A stretch of 64,000 nucleotides of DNA, from contig JAEOTA010000043.1 of the NCBI GenBank assembly GCA_016840085.1, positions 1 through 64,000 of the forward strand. The letters are read 5' to 3'. The notes under the pieces were generated by a model, which was not told the DNA's origin, did no database searches, and saw only the letters and a list, made by a program, of their open reading frames with translations. Shown here in pieces: positions 20,176 to 30,398 of the stretch (position 1 is the stretch's first letter; every line of letters begins with the position of its first letter). Made by a program: the position numbers and the translations under genes. The DNA comes from Promethearchaeota archaeon (lineage in GTDB: Archaea > Asgardarchaeota > Lokiarchaeia > Sigyniarchaeales > SOKP01).

Positions 20176-21384
20176 TTAAAGCGTTAAAATAATTTTGTTT
20201 TGAGCTTTTAACATGTCTTTCATTATAAGCTCCATAGCATCTCTAATATCTGGATTGTTTTCAGGAATACTGCATTTTGCATTCACACTTGCCATCAATA
20301 CTTCATTAAGTCCACGTAATATCATATCTGGGCTGTACCAGGGGCGTTTCGAAGCCCACCATTGCTGACAAGAATGTATACCTCGATCTAACAGATTTCG
20401 AGCGTTGTCAAATATTCGTTTTTTCTCGTCATCCATACTTTCTCGGAATTTACTTGAAAGATGGATTAATGTAAGCGCATACATGAAAAATCGATGCTGT
20501 TCTCGGTGAATTTCATTGTTAGGGTCGAACCAGAGGGGAAAGGGCACATCTGTCGCAATGTCATAGGGCATTGTAGACCAACTGGAATCCCGTGGAACTT
20601 GAGTGAACCCTTTAGGAAATGTATCAACAATTTCTGACACGGTGCATAGTCTCACATCGTTCCTATGAGGGAGCGCATCAAACAAGGGGATAAGAAAATT
20701 CTGTATCGCATGTTTTACATGATGCCCGAATGTTTCGCCGTCCATCGCAAGAAGAATATAGGTGTCCTCTGAAGTATCCTTATATTTTAACCTATTGGCA
20801 AACGCATTGACATGGTTGATTTTATCAAAAGCACAATCTATTGAGATATAATCATCGCGAAACAACACTTTTAATCCATTTGGATGTACGGAAATATGGT
20901 TCGTAGGAAATTCTGACAATATATTCGCAATCCCGCTCATAATCATCCAATCAAATCCTGCTTTTTTAACAGTTTTAAAGACTTCTTCGGAAACCGCCAT
21001 TTCTGGTGGAAAAAATCCACGAGGCTTATACAGCTTACCAAAAAAATATTGATTCGTTTCATTATTGAGTTTTATCTGCCGTTTAATTTCAGGCTCTGGA
21101 ATTAATGGAAGTAGAGGGTGAAATTTCCCTGATCCCGTGAATTCAATTTGTCCTCGTGATGCAAGGGTAGTAATTGCTTCTATCAAATCATCATACCCAA
21201 AATCATGTAGCTGTTCGGTTAAGGTTCCATTAATGTTTAGTGTTATCTTTGCCCCTGGATGTTCTCTTAAGGCTTCAATTATAGGCTTGTACGATTCGTT
21301 TACAATTTGTTTTATTACTGCAGGTATTTGAACTGGTGGTTGATAAATATGAAATAAAAAAGCGAAAAAGACTACCATAATCAA
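20176..21384 (-). CDS. Glycoside hydrolase family 57, intact copy
   Basis: HIYQP, HPLLPL, FFPPEMA (nucleophile) and AMDGETFGHH (acid/base) motifs. Confidence 0.92.
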   Translation of the reverse strand: MIMVVFFAFLFHIYQPPVQIPAVIKQIVNESYKPIIEALREHPGAKITLNINGTLTEQLHDFGYDDLIEAITTLASRGQIEFTGSGKFHPLLPLIPEPEIKRQIKLNNETNQYFFGKLYKPRGFFPPEMAVSEEVFKTVKKAGFDWMIMSGIANILSEFPTNHISVHPNGLKVLFRDDYISIDCAFDKINHVNAFANRLKYKDTSEDTYILLAMDGETFGHHVKHAIQNFLIPLFDALPHRNDVRLCTVSEIVDTFPKGFTQVPRDSSWSTMPYDIATDVPFPLWFDPNNEIHREQHRFFMYALTLIHLSSKFRESMDDEKKRIFDNARNLLDRGIHSCQQWWASKRPWYSPDMILRGLNEVLMASVNAKCSIPENNPDIRDAMELIMKDMLKAQNKIILTL

Positions 21385-21948
21385 TCATACATTTTTTTTG
21401 AATTTACTAATATTGTAATATTGATAATACTATTTATAGCACATTAAATTATTTTCCATATTTACAGAATGAAAAAAAATAGTCAATAAAGAATATTAAT
21501 AATTCTATTATGTTATTGTAGCAAAATAAAAAAGCATAAGAAAATACTAGATATGTATAGTTCCCAAATCTATTTTCAAGTAAGAAACAATAAATTTATA
21601 ATAAATTACTTAGATTTTAAATTATCATGATGATAATCCCTCATAATATAAATATGTGAATATATTCTAAACCAAGATGAACTTTCTCGATAATAACGAT
21701 CTTTTCTATTTTTCTTAAATGATAACTTTTTTGATACTTCACATACAACATTGGAATGTTTTGATAATCTGATTAAAAGTATTTGATCTGAATTTGTCTG
21801 AATTTGTTGATCAGAAGAGAATGGTGAATCATCTGAGATGAATCATGACCATCGCTATTAAAAAATGTTGTATCTCTTTATTAGAAAGTAATTTATCTGG
21901 ATCTACAATAAGTATGGATGATTGGGAAGCATACCGTTATGTAAAAAA

Positions 21949-23181
21949 TTAAAAACATAAACCACACATTCCCATTCCTTTTTTATTAAAAATGGGACAG
22001 TTTTCTTTCCCTTTACATTTGAATTTCTCTTTCTCATAAAAATTACATATACCTAAGGATGGATCACATTGAAATCCTTTTGAACCAAAAGGACAATTAT
22101 CGCAATTATTTTTATCACAATATTTTTCAGCAAACCAGTATGTAAAATCCATGTCAATAGGATAATATTCAAATGCTTTTTCAGATTTTATTATTTTATT
22201 TTTTAGGGCAAGAATCTTAATTGTTTCATATACTTCTCTTGTCATTTTGCTTGCGTTATCATATCTCTTGATATTTAAACTACAGACCTTTATTACTGCC
22301 GGAAGGAAAAACCTTGTGTTCCATCTATCACCAGGTAATTCTAAATCATTAATATTTAATGAAAACCAATTATTTGCTTCCTTAGAAAACAAATTGGGAT
22401 ATTGAAAATTATTTTGCTCCTCAATTTTTTGGAATTGCGTAATAAAAAATATTGACCTTACTAAATCTCTCAGACAAGCCATTAATCTTTTACTTCTATA
22501 CCTTTTATTATTTAACCAATTTTTCCAATCTAATTTCTTATGTGAAAACAATAATTGGAATTTATCATTCCCTTTGTCTTTAAAGGCTTCAAAATAGGAA
22601 TTTAATTTTACATCAAAATTTTCCGTATTCTTTAAATTTCCTTTTTTATCAATAACAGAATAGCTAAGTAAGTTTAAAATAAAACCGAGATATTTTAAAA
22701 TAGTCAGATCTTCATTTTTTTCAATCAATCTGAAATTTTCAAAAACTTTATCAAGAAATACTAATAAGCTTTTATTATAGAATTTCCCTAGTATCCATAA
22801 AGTATATACAATTAGTCCCCAATCCTGTTTATAAATTTGTTTTACTTTTCGACTGGACTCAATATCGTTGCTGATAACCTCAATTTTTTCTTTAAATTCC
22901 TCGTATTTCTTGAATTCATTTATCTCTGCTTTATATTTTTTAATTATATATCCAAAAAAATTGACCCATTTTTTCCATTTTTCGGGAGTAACTGTTTTCA
23001 TCCTATCATTAATATATGTAATCCAATGAGTAAAAATAATTATTTCTGGATCATCCTGTTTGTATTTATCATAAATATCATCCAACTTTCGAGTTTCCAT
23101 TTGATAACTAAGATTCAGCCATTTAATTAAATCAAGGGTCTCAAGTGTTCTCATAATATTTTGTTTTTTTAAATCGTTCAT
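21949..23181 (-). CDS. Hypothetical protein, possibly a divergent HhH-GPD glycosylase-like protein with a C-terminal Cys cluster
   Basis: THWITYINDR, SKRLMACLRDL, LELPGDRWN and C-x4-C-x2-CP plus further Cys. Confidence 0.4.
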   Translation of the reverse strand: MNDLKKQNIMRTLETLDLIKWLNLSYQMETRKLDDIYDKYKQDDPEIIIFTHWITYINDRMKTVTPEKWKKWVNFFGYIIKKYKAEINEFKKYEEFKEKIEVISNDIESSRKVKQIYKQDWGLIVYTLWILGKFYNKSLLVFLDKVFENFRLIEKNEDLTILKYLGFILNLLSYSVIDKKGNLKNTENFDVKLNSYFEAFKDKGNDKFQLLFSHKKLDWKNWLNNKRYRSKRLMACLRDLVRSIFFITQFQKIEEQNNFQYPNLFSKEANNWFSLNINDLELPGDRWNTRFFLPAVIKVCSLNIKRYDNASKMTREVYETIKILALKNKIIKSEKAFEYYPIDMDFTYWFAEKYCDKNNCDNCPFGSKGFQCDPSLGICNFYEKEKFKCKGKENCPIFNKKGMGMCGLCF

Positions 23182-23477
23182 TTTATCACTTTTCTTTTAA
23201 TTTTTTATAATAAAAGAGGATTTTATTTTAATTTAAACTCCCTTTTAGCTTGTATAATATCATTCAAAAATAGATAAATTTTTCACTTAATTGTATTATA
23301 GTTCTTGAAAAATAATTAATCTCTTATCTAAAATAAGTTCATTGAAATTTTATGTTGGAATTTGTGTAAAAAAACAATAGTGCATTACATCTTATTGTCA
23401 TTTGAAAATCTAATAAAATAAATTTGGTTAAGTGTTATAGAGATACTATCCAAGAATTTTCATTTATTAAAGAATTA

Positions 23478-25802
23478 TCAATTCATTTTTCTTATTTCGT
23501 TTAGTAAATCTTTTTTATTTTTTCTACTAGCAGTTAATAGATTACTCTTCCTAAGTTTATTCTCTTTTTCAACAAATTCTATTATTTTAGGAACTATTTT
23601 ATCTGGATTCCATTCAATTGCTTGATCTCTTGTGAATCCAACACACTTTATCTTAACACTTGAATTCTTGCTATAATCTTTTAACCTATCTCTTAAAAAA
23701 AGTGCATATACAGTGATTTGCGGTAAGGATTTATAAATTTTCCTTAATTTTGGCTTATAATCAGCAATTACTAACGTATCACTTTCTACTAACAGTAAAT
23801 CGATATGACCGATAAAAAATTCAGAATTCGCAGATGCAGTAATCTCCTTCCAAACAGGAATCTCTATTGCTAAAGCTTTCTTCTCCTCAGAGAGAATATA
23901 ATTTAAAATCGGGGGATGGTCTGGATATTTACCTATCCTATTGATTTTGTAATGATTGAATACGCTCCTAACATGCTGGCATAAATAATGATTCGAATCA
24001 TGAAAATCGAGAAATTCAGAAAAATAGTGCTCGATACGAGTTGTTTTCATTGGTTCTTCAGCTATGCCATGAAATTTTAGGTTTGATGCGCGAGTATTCT
24101 TAGGATCGGTAAAAATCTCTCGTGGATAAATCCCTTTCCATAGCTTAAACAGAACACGATAAAGAGAACTATTCTTGAGAGTGCTATGTCTCTTCATAAC
24201 CCACTTGAATGAATACGTAATGCTTCCATGTCTAAAGTCTTTATATCGCAAATTTCTTAAATTATTTAGCCAAAATAATGATTTCTTTTGGTCTTCGGGG
24301 GTAAGATTCTTCAGTATGAATTTTTTAATGTTGTAGAACGTTCTGGGTTCTGTAAATTTAGATTTATTATCAACAATCTGCAAAACACTTGTCACTCCTC
24401 GTCCGCTGTGGATATTTAATTTATTTCCGAATTCAAAAGGGGAAAGATCCGTCATAGTATAGAGCTTAAGCAAAAAATCAGTTTCCAAATGATAAAATCG
24501 TTTTAATTCAGCGGTTAATCGTTTCTTGAATGAGTTTTTTGAATATACTTGACCTTTATATCGTCCGATTTCCTCTTTAATGAACGGATATAAGCGATTC
24601 TCCTTTTCGGTAATATATCTGTAAGAGACCTTAAAAAAACGTAAACTAGGATCTGAGTCGATGAGTACTTTGAAAAATTCACCATTTATTATTTTTTGAA
24701 GGGTCTCATTTCTTCGTGAGCAATAAAAAATTAAAGAGAGTGCCATAGTTTGCGGAAAATAATAATAGAGCTGGTTATTCCTCGCAATATAGTGTATTTC
24801 AAAACCGTGCTCAATAGCTTTTCCAAATAATACAAGAATGTCCTTTAAAAATTTAGCTCCTAAATAGTGTGTAATCCTTTCATTTACATTTTCTTGTGGA
24901 AAAGAGTGTAGAATCCAGCATGTGAGGGTTCTTATATACGATACTGCGTAAAAACCAACCTTATATTTATAAAAAGAAAAATCGAATTTGAAAATTGTTT
25001 CTAAACAATCCTTTTTGCTTTTAGATAACAGCCATAAAGTAGGGACAGAGCTCGTTTCTAATAGACTCTTATTATGAGTAAATCTTACGTCTTTCTTTAA
25101 TTGAATCGTATTAATAAAGTCTTTGGTATTAATGTCAAAATCTTTATAATATATCAAATAAATCCAACAAATTATAGACGCAACATATTGTGGATGCTTT
25201 AAAGCAAAACTCTCTCTATTCTCATCAATTTTCTTGTAATTTTTGTTAAACACCAATAAAATGAAATTGGTTTCTGTACCATCAATTAAGTTTTGTTCAG
25301 TTAATAATCTTGAAAAATACTTTATGTTTTCTCTAACTGCAATTTTGTACTCTTTCTTAGTTAACGTTTTAATAGGAATAAAGTGATAAATGAAGGAATA
25401 CTCGTGGTGAGATTTTAAGAACCAAAGTAAAGAATTAAAGGTATTACCGATATTCCCTTTATTGTGTATATCTAATAAGTCTGCTAAACCCCTTTGATTA
25501 ATGTGTATTCCATTTTTAAGCAATGCTATCAATAATAACGAAGCTGATACATATCGAGCCCCTTTAATTTTATCGAGGCTATCATAAAACACGGTAAATT
25601 TACTCTCGTCTGGAGTGCTTTCGATTGAAGCTAAAATATCTGTATAAATGTTAAATGAGATATCATTGTAAGTTTCTGGTAATTTAAGTTTTTCAATATA
25701 CTCCTCTAAAAATGCTCTTAAGTTTGTTTCATATTCATTTTGAGAAGGTGTCCTTAATGACCAATGTTCCCGCTGACCTTGATTTTTTATTGAAATATCC
25801 AT
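23478..25802 (-). CDS. Large protein with cyclin/TFIIB-like helical repeats and a C-terminal RecB-like PD-(D/E)XK nuclease
   Basis: EIPVW...GHIDLL...IADYKP...QITVYA; repeats YVSASLLLIA, YVASIICWIY and TMALSLIFYC. Confidence 0.7.
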   Translation of the reverse strand: MDISIKNQGQREHWSLRTPSQNEYETNLRAFLEEYIEKLKLPETYNDISFNIYTDILASIESTPDESKFTVFYDSLDKIKGARYVSASLLLIALLKNGIHINQRGLADLLDIHNKGNIGNTFNSLLWFLKSHHEYSFIYHFIPIKTLTKKEYKIAVRENIKYFSRLLTEQNLIDGTETNFILLVFNKNYKKIDENRESFALKHPQYVASIICWIYLIYYKDFDINTKDFINTIQLKKDVRFTHNKSLLETSSVPTLWLLSKSKKDCLETIFKFDFSFYKYKVGFYAVSYIRTLTCWILHSFPQENVNERITHYLGAKFLKDILVLFGKAIEHGFEIHYIARNNQLYYYFPQTMALSLIFYCSRRNETLQKIINGEFFKVLIDSDPSLRFFKVSYRYITEKENRLYPFIKEEIGRYKGQVYSKNSFKKRLTAELKRFYHLETDFLLKLYTMTDLSPFEFGNKLNIHSGRGVTSVLQIVDNKSKFTEPRTFYNIKKFILKNLTPEDQKKSLFWLNNLRNLRYKDFRHGSITYSFKWVMKRHSTLKNSSLYRVLFKLWKGIYPREIFTDPKNTRASNLKFHGIAEEPMKTTRIEHYFSEFLDFHDSNHYLCQHVRSVFNHYKINRIGKYPDHPPILNYILSEEKKALAIEIPVWKEITASANSEFFIGHIDLLLVESDTLVIADYKPKLRKIYKSLPQITVYALFLRDRLKDYSKNSSVKIKCVGFTRDQAIEWNPDKIVPKIIEFVEKENKLRKSNLLTASRKNKKDLLNEIRKMN

Positions 25803-25829
25803 ATTTTTGATCCCTTACTTCTATAATAG

Positions 25830-25929
25830 AAACTGTTATAGTTAATATAACAGATAATCCTCGTTAAATATCCTAAGAGACCTATGATTTTTCGTATAAC
25901 ACCTTAAGGTATATATACTATAACAGTTT
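25830..25929. promoter_or_regulatory. Divergent promoter with operator-like inverted repeats
   Basis: AAACTGTTATAGT (25830-25842) and ACTATAACAGTTT (25917-25929) form a perfect 13-bp IR; CTGTTATA-N5-TATAACAG palindrome at 25833-25853. Confidence 0.7.
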
Positions 25930-25939
25930 ATGGGATAGT

Positions 25940-26098
25940 ATGGAAGCTAAGAGAATTACTACGCTTATCAAACGTCCAACAAAAAAAGGCGAGCAGTATT
26001 ATTTCAATATCCCTATTGAATTTATTCGTTCAGGAAAAATTAATCCCAAAAAAGAGTATGAACTTCAAATTTTCGATGTCTATAACGCAGAAGATTAG
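25940..26098 (+). CDS. Small AbrB/SpoVT-like DNA-binding protein (52 aa, not in ORF track)
   Basis: MEAKRITTLIKRPTKKGEQYYFNIPIEFIRSGKINPKKEYELQIFDVYNAED; paralog at 47732-47881 supports coding. Confidence 0.75.
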   Translation: MEAKRITTLIKRPTKKGEQYYFNIPIEFIRSGKINPKKEYELQIFDVYNAED

Positions 26099-26164
26099 GA
26101 TTTACTATATATTAGAAACACATTATTAAAAACAAAAAAAAAGATTATTTAAACATAATTGAGA

Positions 26165-26776
26165 TTATTTATTTGGTCTTAAAAGCCCCACTAATAGAAC
26201 TATCAATCCAATTAAAATTGTTGCAGGTCCAACTACATAGTAGTATGCCCAAGAGGAGGTTGTAGGTATTAACAAATTAACTACGTATCCTAACACTCCT
26301 GCAATCATTAAGTATGTGCCAGCTTTACTTACTTTATTTAACTCTACCATGAAACTTTTATCCTTTATACTTATTACTCCTACATATATTCCTAGTAATG
26401 CCGCAACAAAAATAATATAATGTGGGATAGCGATAACAGTTATTCCACGATTAATAATAATAATAAAAAACCAAATCGGTACAATTAGAAGAGAGAATCC
26501 TGCAATCAACCCTAAAGCGTCCAACCCGTGTGTATTTGTTCTCCGATTATTAATTCCTACTATAAGCAACAATGCTGTCCCTAATGGGACCAAAATGAGA
26601 TTGAGACCTATACCACCGAAACCGATTCCTGTCTCTGTATCAAAATATAGTCCCCATATCCAAGAGTAAAAATTGTCATTACTAGTGATTTGTATTGAAG
26701 GTATAAAAAATGCTATTATACATATCATTCCAGAACCTTGTAAAATCAACCAAAACTTTTCCTTTAGATCACCCAT
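26165..26776 (-). CDS. Hypothetical multi-pass membrane protein
   Basis: About 6 hydrophobic segments. Confidence 0.7.
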   Translation of the reverse strand: MGDLKEKFWLILQGSGMICIIAFFIPSIQITSNDNFYSWIWGLYFDTETGIGFGGIGLNLILVPLGTALLLIVGINNRRTNTHGLDALGLIAGFSLLIVPIWFFIIIINRGITVIAIPHYIIFVAALLGIYVGVISIKDKSFMVELNKVSKAGTYLMIAGVLGYVVNLLIPTTSSWAYYYVVGPATILIGLIVLLVGLLRPNK

Positions 26777-27056
26777 TTCATTTCATCTTTTAAGTAAAAT
26801 TCTTTTTGTCTTAATATATATTCGATACTACTATTTATAAAACTACTCAGTCTTTTTCTTTGATATTTTTAATTAAGTCATTAATTAATTATGACCATGT
26901 AAGATTAATAATGAATACAGATTTCTCCTGTAATTCTATAAATAAAACTTAAGTTTTTAATCTCAATTTAAAATTAAAATATGGTCTAAAAAATAAATAA
27001 GGAAAGAAGAATTACTTAATTTATTGAATTAGATATATATAATTTCCAGTGTTGAT

Positions 27057-27320
27057 ATGAAGTTAGCAACTGTTTTAAACATATTAGCAATTTTAATATC
27101 AATCTTAATTGGAATACTGGTGTTTGTATTTCTAGATCCTCCTATATTCGTATTGTATGTAATATTTGGTGTGCCATCTATTTATCTTTTCATTCTCCTA
27201 ATTGCTTATGTGGCAGGTGCATTAAGAGAAGAAAAACAGAAGTTTTACATATGTCCACGATGTAAAATATTGGTTGAAAAACGTAAGGGAATCTGCCCAG
27301 AATGTGGACATAAAGTATGA
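27057..27320 (+). CDS. 2-TM protein with C-terminal zinc ribbon
   Basis: CPRC...CPECG; paralog of 28539-28832. Confidence 0.75.
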   Translation: MKLATVLNILAILISILIGILVFVFLDPPIFVLYVIFGVPSIYLFILLIAYVAGALREEKQKFYICPRCKILVEKRKGICPECGHKV

Positions 27321-27471
27321 TGAAATGATTATAGTTATCATCTCAACCTCATAAACCTAATAAATTCAACTTAAAGAAGGAATTTCTATTCACAAAATTT
27401 ATATAGAATTACAGATGATAACATTTCATAAAGACAATAATACAATTGAATAAAAAAAAGTAAGGATTATA

Positions 27472-27915
27472 ATGACAGATATTTACGTACCTATTGATTA
27501 TACTAATCTGAATTCAGTTATACCCCCAGGAGAAGATATAATTTATAGCACATTATGTAAAGTCACTCAAACTCTTGTAGCAGGAGAACTAAAATGGGAA
27601 TCACATGTATTAATGACCACAAAAGGTTTCGCTTATAGTAAAACTCGAGGAAGAAAATCCTTAAAAGGGATTTATGTCGATTGGTATAAAAAAAGAGTAA
27701 CTAGGACAAAAATAACTACTCCTCTTATGCAATTTAAAATAAAAAGAGATCCTAATTATGAATCAAGTGGAGCCTTTTATACACGATCCCAAAATTTTAA
27801 AGCAACTATTAAACCAATCGTGGAAGCTAGGGAAAAAGAATGGGAAGCTAAAATTCCTAACAAGAGAGATAGAAAAAAACTAGCAAAAGGTCGCAAATTT
27901 AAAAAGGAATTATAA
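27472..27915 (+). CDS. Hypothetical basic protein
   Basis: 147-aa ORF preceded by AGGA. Confidence 0.6.
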   Translation: MTDIYVPIDYTNLNSVIPPGEDIIYSTLCKVTQTLVAGELKWESHVLMTTKGFAYSKTRGRKSLKGIYVDWYKKRVTRTKITTPLMQFKIKRDPNYESSGAFYTRSQNFKATIKPIVEAREKEWEAKIPNKRDRKKLAKGRKFKKEL

Positions 27916-27934
27916 CCAAATAGTTAATTTCAGT

Positions 27935-28537
27935 ATGTCTGAGAAGTACCCTCAAAAATGCATCAAATGTCATAGTGAAGATGTTGAATTAGAAGAATTT
28001 CCTATAGTAAAAACCAGATCCATTTTTACATTTAGCTTCTATAGGCATGAATATAGAACAATGCAAACAAATGTCCCTGTGTGTACCTCTTGCAAATCGA
28101 AATTTACTAAGTTCCAACACTTAAAAAGTAGAGCAGATATAATTGGGGGTTTCTTTAGTTTATCAATATTCACCATGATTATATTGTTTTTTGTCCAGTT
28201 CTTTTTCATAGAATATTTATATAATTTCTTTCTTTTTTTTCTCATCCTTTCTGTTATATTAATTTTCCCCTCCATTATACTATATGCCCAAGTTTCCTCT
28301 CATCCTGATAAAATTAGTAACTATGTAAGTTTTAAAAAGGATACTGTCATAATTAAAAATCCTGATTATAGAAAAGCTATAGTAGAGCATGCGATAACAA
28401 AACAAATAGAAGATAAATTAAAAAAAGAATTTGACATAGATATTGTGCACTGCCCCAAATGCGGTTCCAAACAAAAAAAAAATGCCGATTTTTGCTTGAA
28501 CTGCGGAAAAGAATTAAGAAAAAAATATAAAGTTTAA
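27935..28537 (+). CDS. Zinc-ribbon membrane protein
   Basis: CxxC...CxxC, 2 TM helices, C-terminal CPKCG...FCLNCG. Confidence 0.75.
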   Translation: MSEKYPQKCIKCHSEDVELEEFPIVKTRSIFTFSFYRHEYRTMQTNVPVCTSCKSKFTKFQHLKSRADIIGGFFSLSIFTMIILFFVQFFFIEYLYNFFLFFLILSVILIFPSIILYAQVSSHPDKISNYVSFKKDTVIIKNPDYRKAIVEHAITKQIEDKLKKEFDIDIVHCPKCGSKQKKNADFCLNCGKELRKKYKV

Positions 28538-28538
28538 A

Positions 28539-28832
28539 TTATAGTTTATATCCACACGATGGACAAATTCCTTTCTCATTATCCATTACTTCCTTACATT
28601 GGGGACAGATACTATATTTACCTTTTTTTTTCATTCTAGATACTTGTTTATTTCTTATTTCTTCAAGAATTACTGGTCCAATTAACGCAATAAGCAAAAT
28701 AAAACCGAGTGCTGTTACTCCAAAGCTAACAATAAAGGAATGAGAGAAATATCCAATAATTACAGCGATAATGATCAATATAACAATCCCTATACTATGT
28801 CCTATAAGTTTATTTCTATTATCTTTATCCAT
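28539..28832 (-). CDS. 2-TM protein with C-terminal zinc ribbon
   Basis: CPQC...GICPSCG. Confidence 0.75.
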   Translation of the reverse strand: MDKDNRNKLIGHSIGIVILIIIAVIIGYFSHSFIVSFGVTALGFILLIALIGPVILEEIRNKQVSRMKKKGKYSICPQCKEVMDNEKGICPSCGYKL

Positions 28833-29011
28833 TCAAGAACCACTCCCTTTTCATATTCAATTTTAAATCTAGACCAATATTAATAGAAAATAGCAAGTTA
28901 TTCACCTTCTGGATTCTTTAACATATAGTCAATTATTATATTGTACTTAAGTTCCTATTTAAAATTAATTCTATTCATAATATTCAATAATATTCTTATA
29001 TTCACTCCTGA

Positions 29012-29074
29012 AAAATCAATCCTGAAAAAGAATATGAACTCCAGATTTTTAGCATTACCAAGTCATCAAAATAA
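29012..29074 (+). pseudogene. 3' remnant of the AbrB-like gene
   Basis: KINPEKEYELQIFSITKSSK*; 31 consecutive nt identical to the 47732-47881 copy. Confidence 0.8.
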
Positions 29075-29100
29075 AGCTTATATCTAATAACTGATCAACA

Positions 29101-29178
29101 TCCCTTGAGCCGACCGTTAGCCCCAAGCTGGGGTGCAGAGCGAAGCGGAGCAGTCGGCGACTAAGCGAAGCCCCCTAC
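29101..29178. other. GC-rich structured non-coding element
   Basis: GCCGAC/GTCGGC outer stem, CCCCA-AGC-TGGGG hairpin, two GCGAAGC mini-hairpins. Confidence 0.6.
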
Positions 29179-29447
29179 TAAAATTTATAGTGATATAGTT
29201 CTGTATTCTTCTTTCCCAATCTAAAGGTATTTCCACTCACTTCACAAATATCATCATTATATAAGATATATACTAGTGAATCAATAGTTTGTCGCTCCAA
29301 ATATGTTAACCCAATTGACGTAACCAACCTTTCTAATAGCGACAATCATTAGAATATCTTTAAATTAACTATTAAAAATCGTTTGAAATTTACCTTTTTA
29401 TAGGTATTAGAATTGATTTTTCTTCATTGAGATGTTATTCACATTCG

Positions 29448-30359
29448 TTATTTTTTTCTTTTTCCTATTCTTTCCTCAAGATATACAATAGTAGAATAAA
29501 AAGGATCTTCTTCTAACTCTTTTTTGAAGTCCTTCATTTTTTGAATGTAAAGTTTTATTTCTTCTTCAGTTAGATTTTCATCATCTAAAATATCTGATAT
29601 TTCTGATATTTTTTCTAGAATTGTCTCAATATATCTTATGTTTTCAATAGATTTTTTACATTCATCGAGCTTCTTTTCAAGCTCTAATCTTGTAGGAACA
29701 TCGACTGGATTTTTTAGTTTTTTCATTAAAGTTTCCATATTATGTATTATAACTATTCTCCATCCCAATAACCTTCTTTTTATTATAGTTTCTTTATCTT
29801 GTATTTTATTCGATTTTTTTTGAAAGAATTTCAATGCAAAAAATGTGGATCTTCCCTCTTCCTTACTTTTAAGCTTTTCTTCTCTAAGCATTCTCTTAAT
29901 TCTTAATTTTTCTCGTTCCTCTTTTCTTACTGAATATTCATCTAATAGTTTCGACAATTTATCGTTTTCCTTACCAAACATTACATTCCAGAGGGATTTT
30001 TCTTCATCATCACCTATATCCTTTCTTGGAGTATAGCAGGGATCTGATAGAGAATTTCTAGGTAATTTCCATGTGATATATCTTAACGGATGACCTCTTT
30101 TGGTCTTAGTAGGATGAAAACAATATCCAATAATACCTTTTTCTTTAAAATCCTTATCTCTTTTTTTGAGGTTTAATTTTTTACCCTTAAAATCCCGAAA
30201 ATACTCGCAATTAGTACAACTATACCACACCTCACCTTCTGCTTCAATCTTTACAATTCGCATATATTCTTCAAAAGCTTTCTTCTTTAAAATTTCTTGA
30301 AGTTCAGGATCTAGTTTTTCAATTTCTTTATCAATTTCATCAAACATATCATCACACAT
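29448..30359 (-). CDS. Hypothetical protein with putative Zn finger and coiled coil
   Basis: CTNC...YCFHP...PC and a charged helical C-terminus. Confidence 0.6.
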   Translation of the reverse strand: MCDDMFDEIDKEIEKLDPELQEILKKKAFEEYMRIVKIEAEGEVWYSCTNCEYFRDFKGKKLNLKKRDKDFKEKGIIGYCFHPTKTKRGHPLRYITWKLPRNSLSDPCYTPRKDIGDDEEKSLWNVMFGKENDKLSKLLDEYSVRKEEREKLRIKRMLREEKLKSKEEGRSTFFALKFFQKKSNKIQDKETIIKRRLLGWRIVIIHNMETLMKKLKNPVDVPTRLELEKKLDECKKSIENIRYIETILEKISEISDILDDENLTEEEIKLYIQKMKDFKKELEEDPFYSTIVYLEERIGKRKK

Positions 30360-30398
30360 ATTTGCAACCTATTTTTTATAATGCTGGAAAATTATTTA

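Noticed and set aside
21845-21952. GSTISMDDWEAY resembling an IS1595-type transposase motif
   Set aside because: Only about 35 codons, with no other catalytic motifs or terminal repeats
23478-24000. Cas4 / CRISPR association of the RecB-like nuclease
   Set aside because: No Cas4 Fe-S cysteines, no cas genes and no repeat-spacer array in the window
29101-29178. tRNA or tRNA-derived att site
   Set aside because: No cloverleaf and no T-loop GTTC motif
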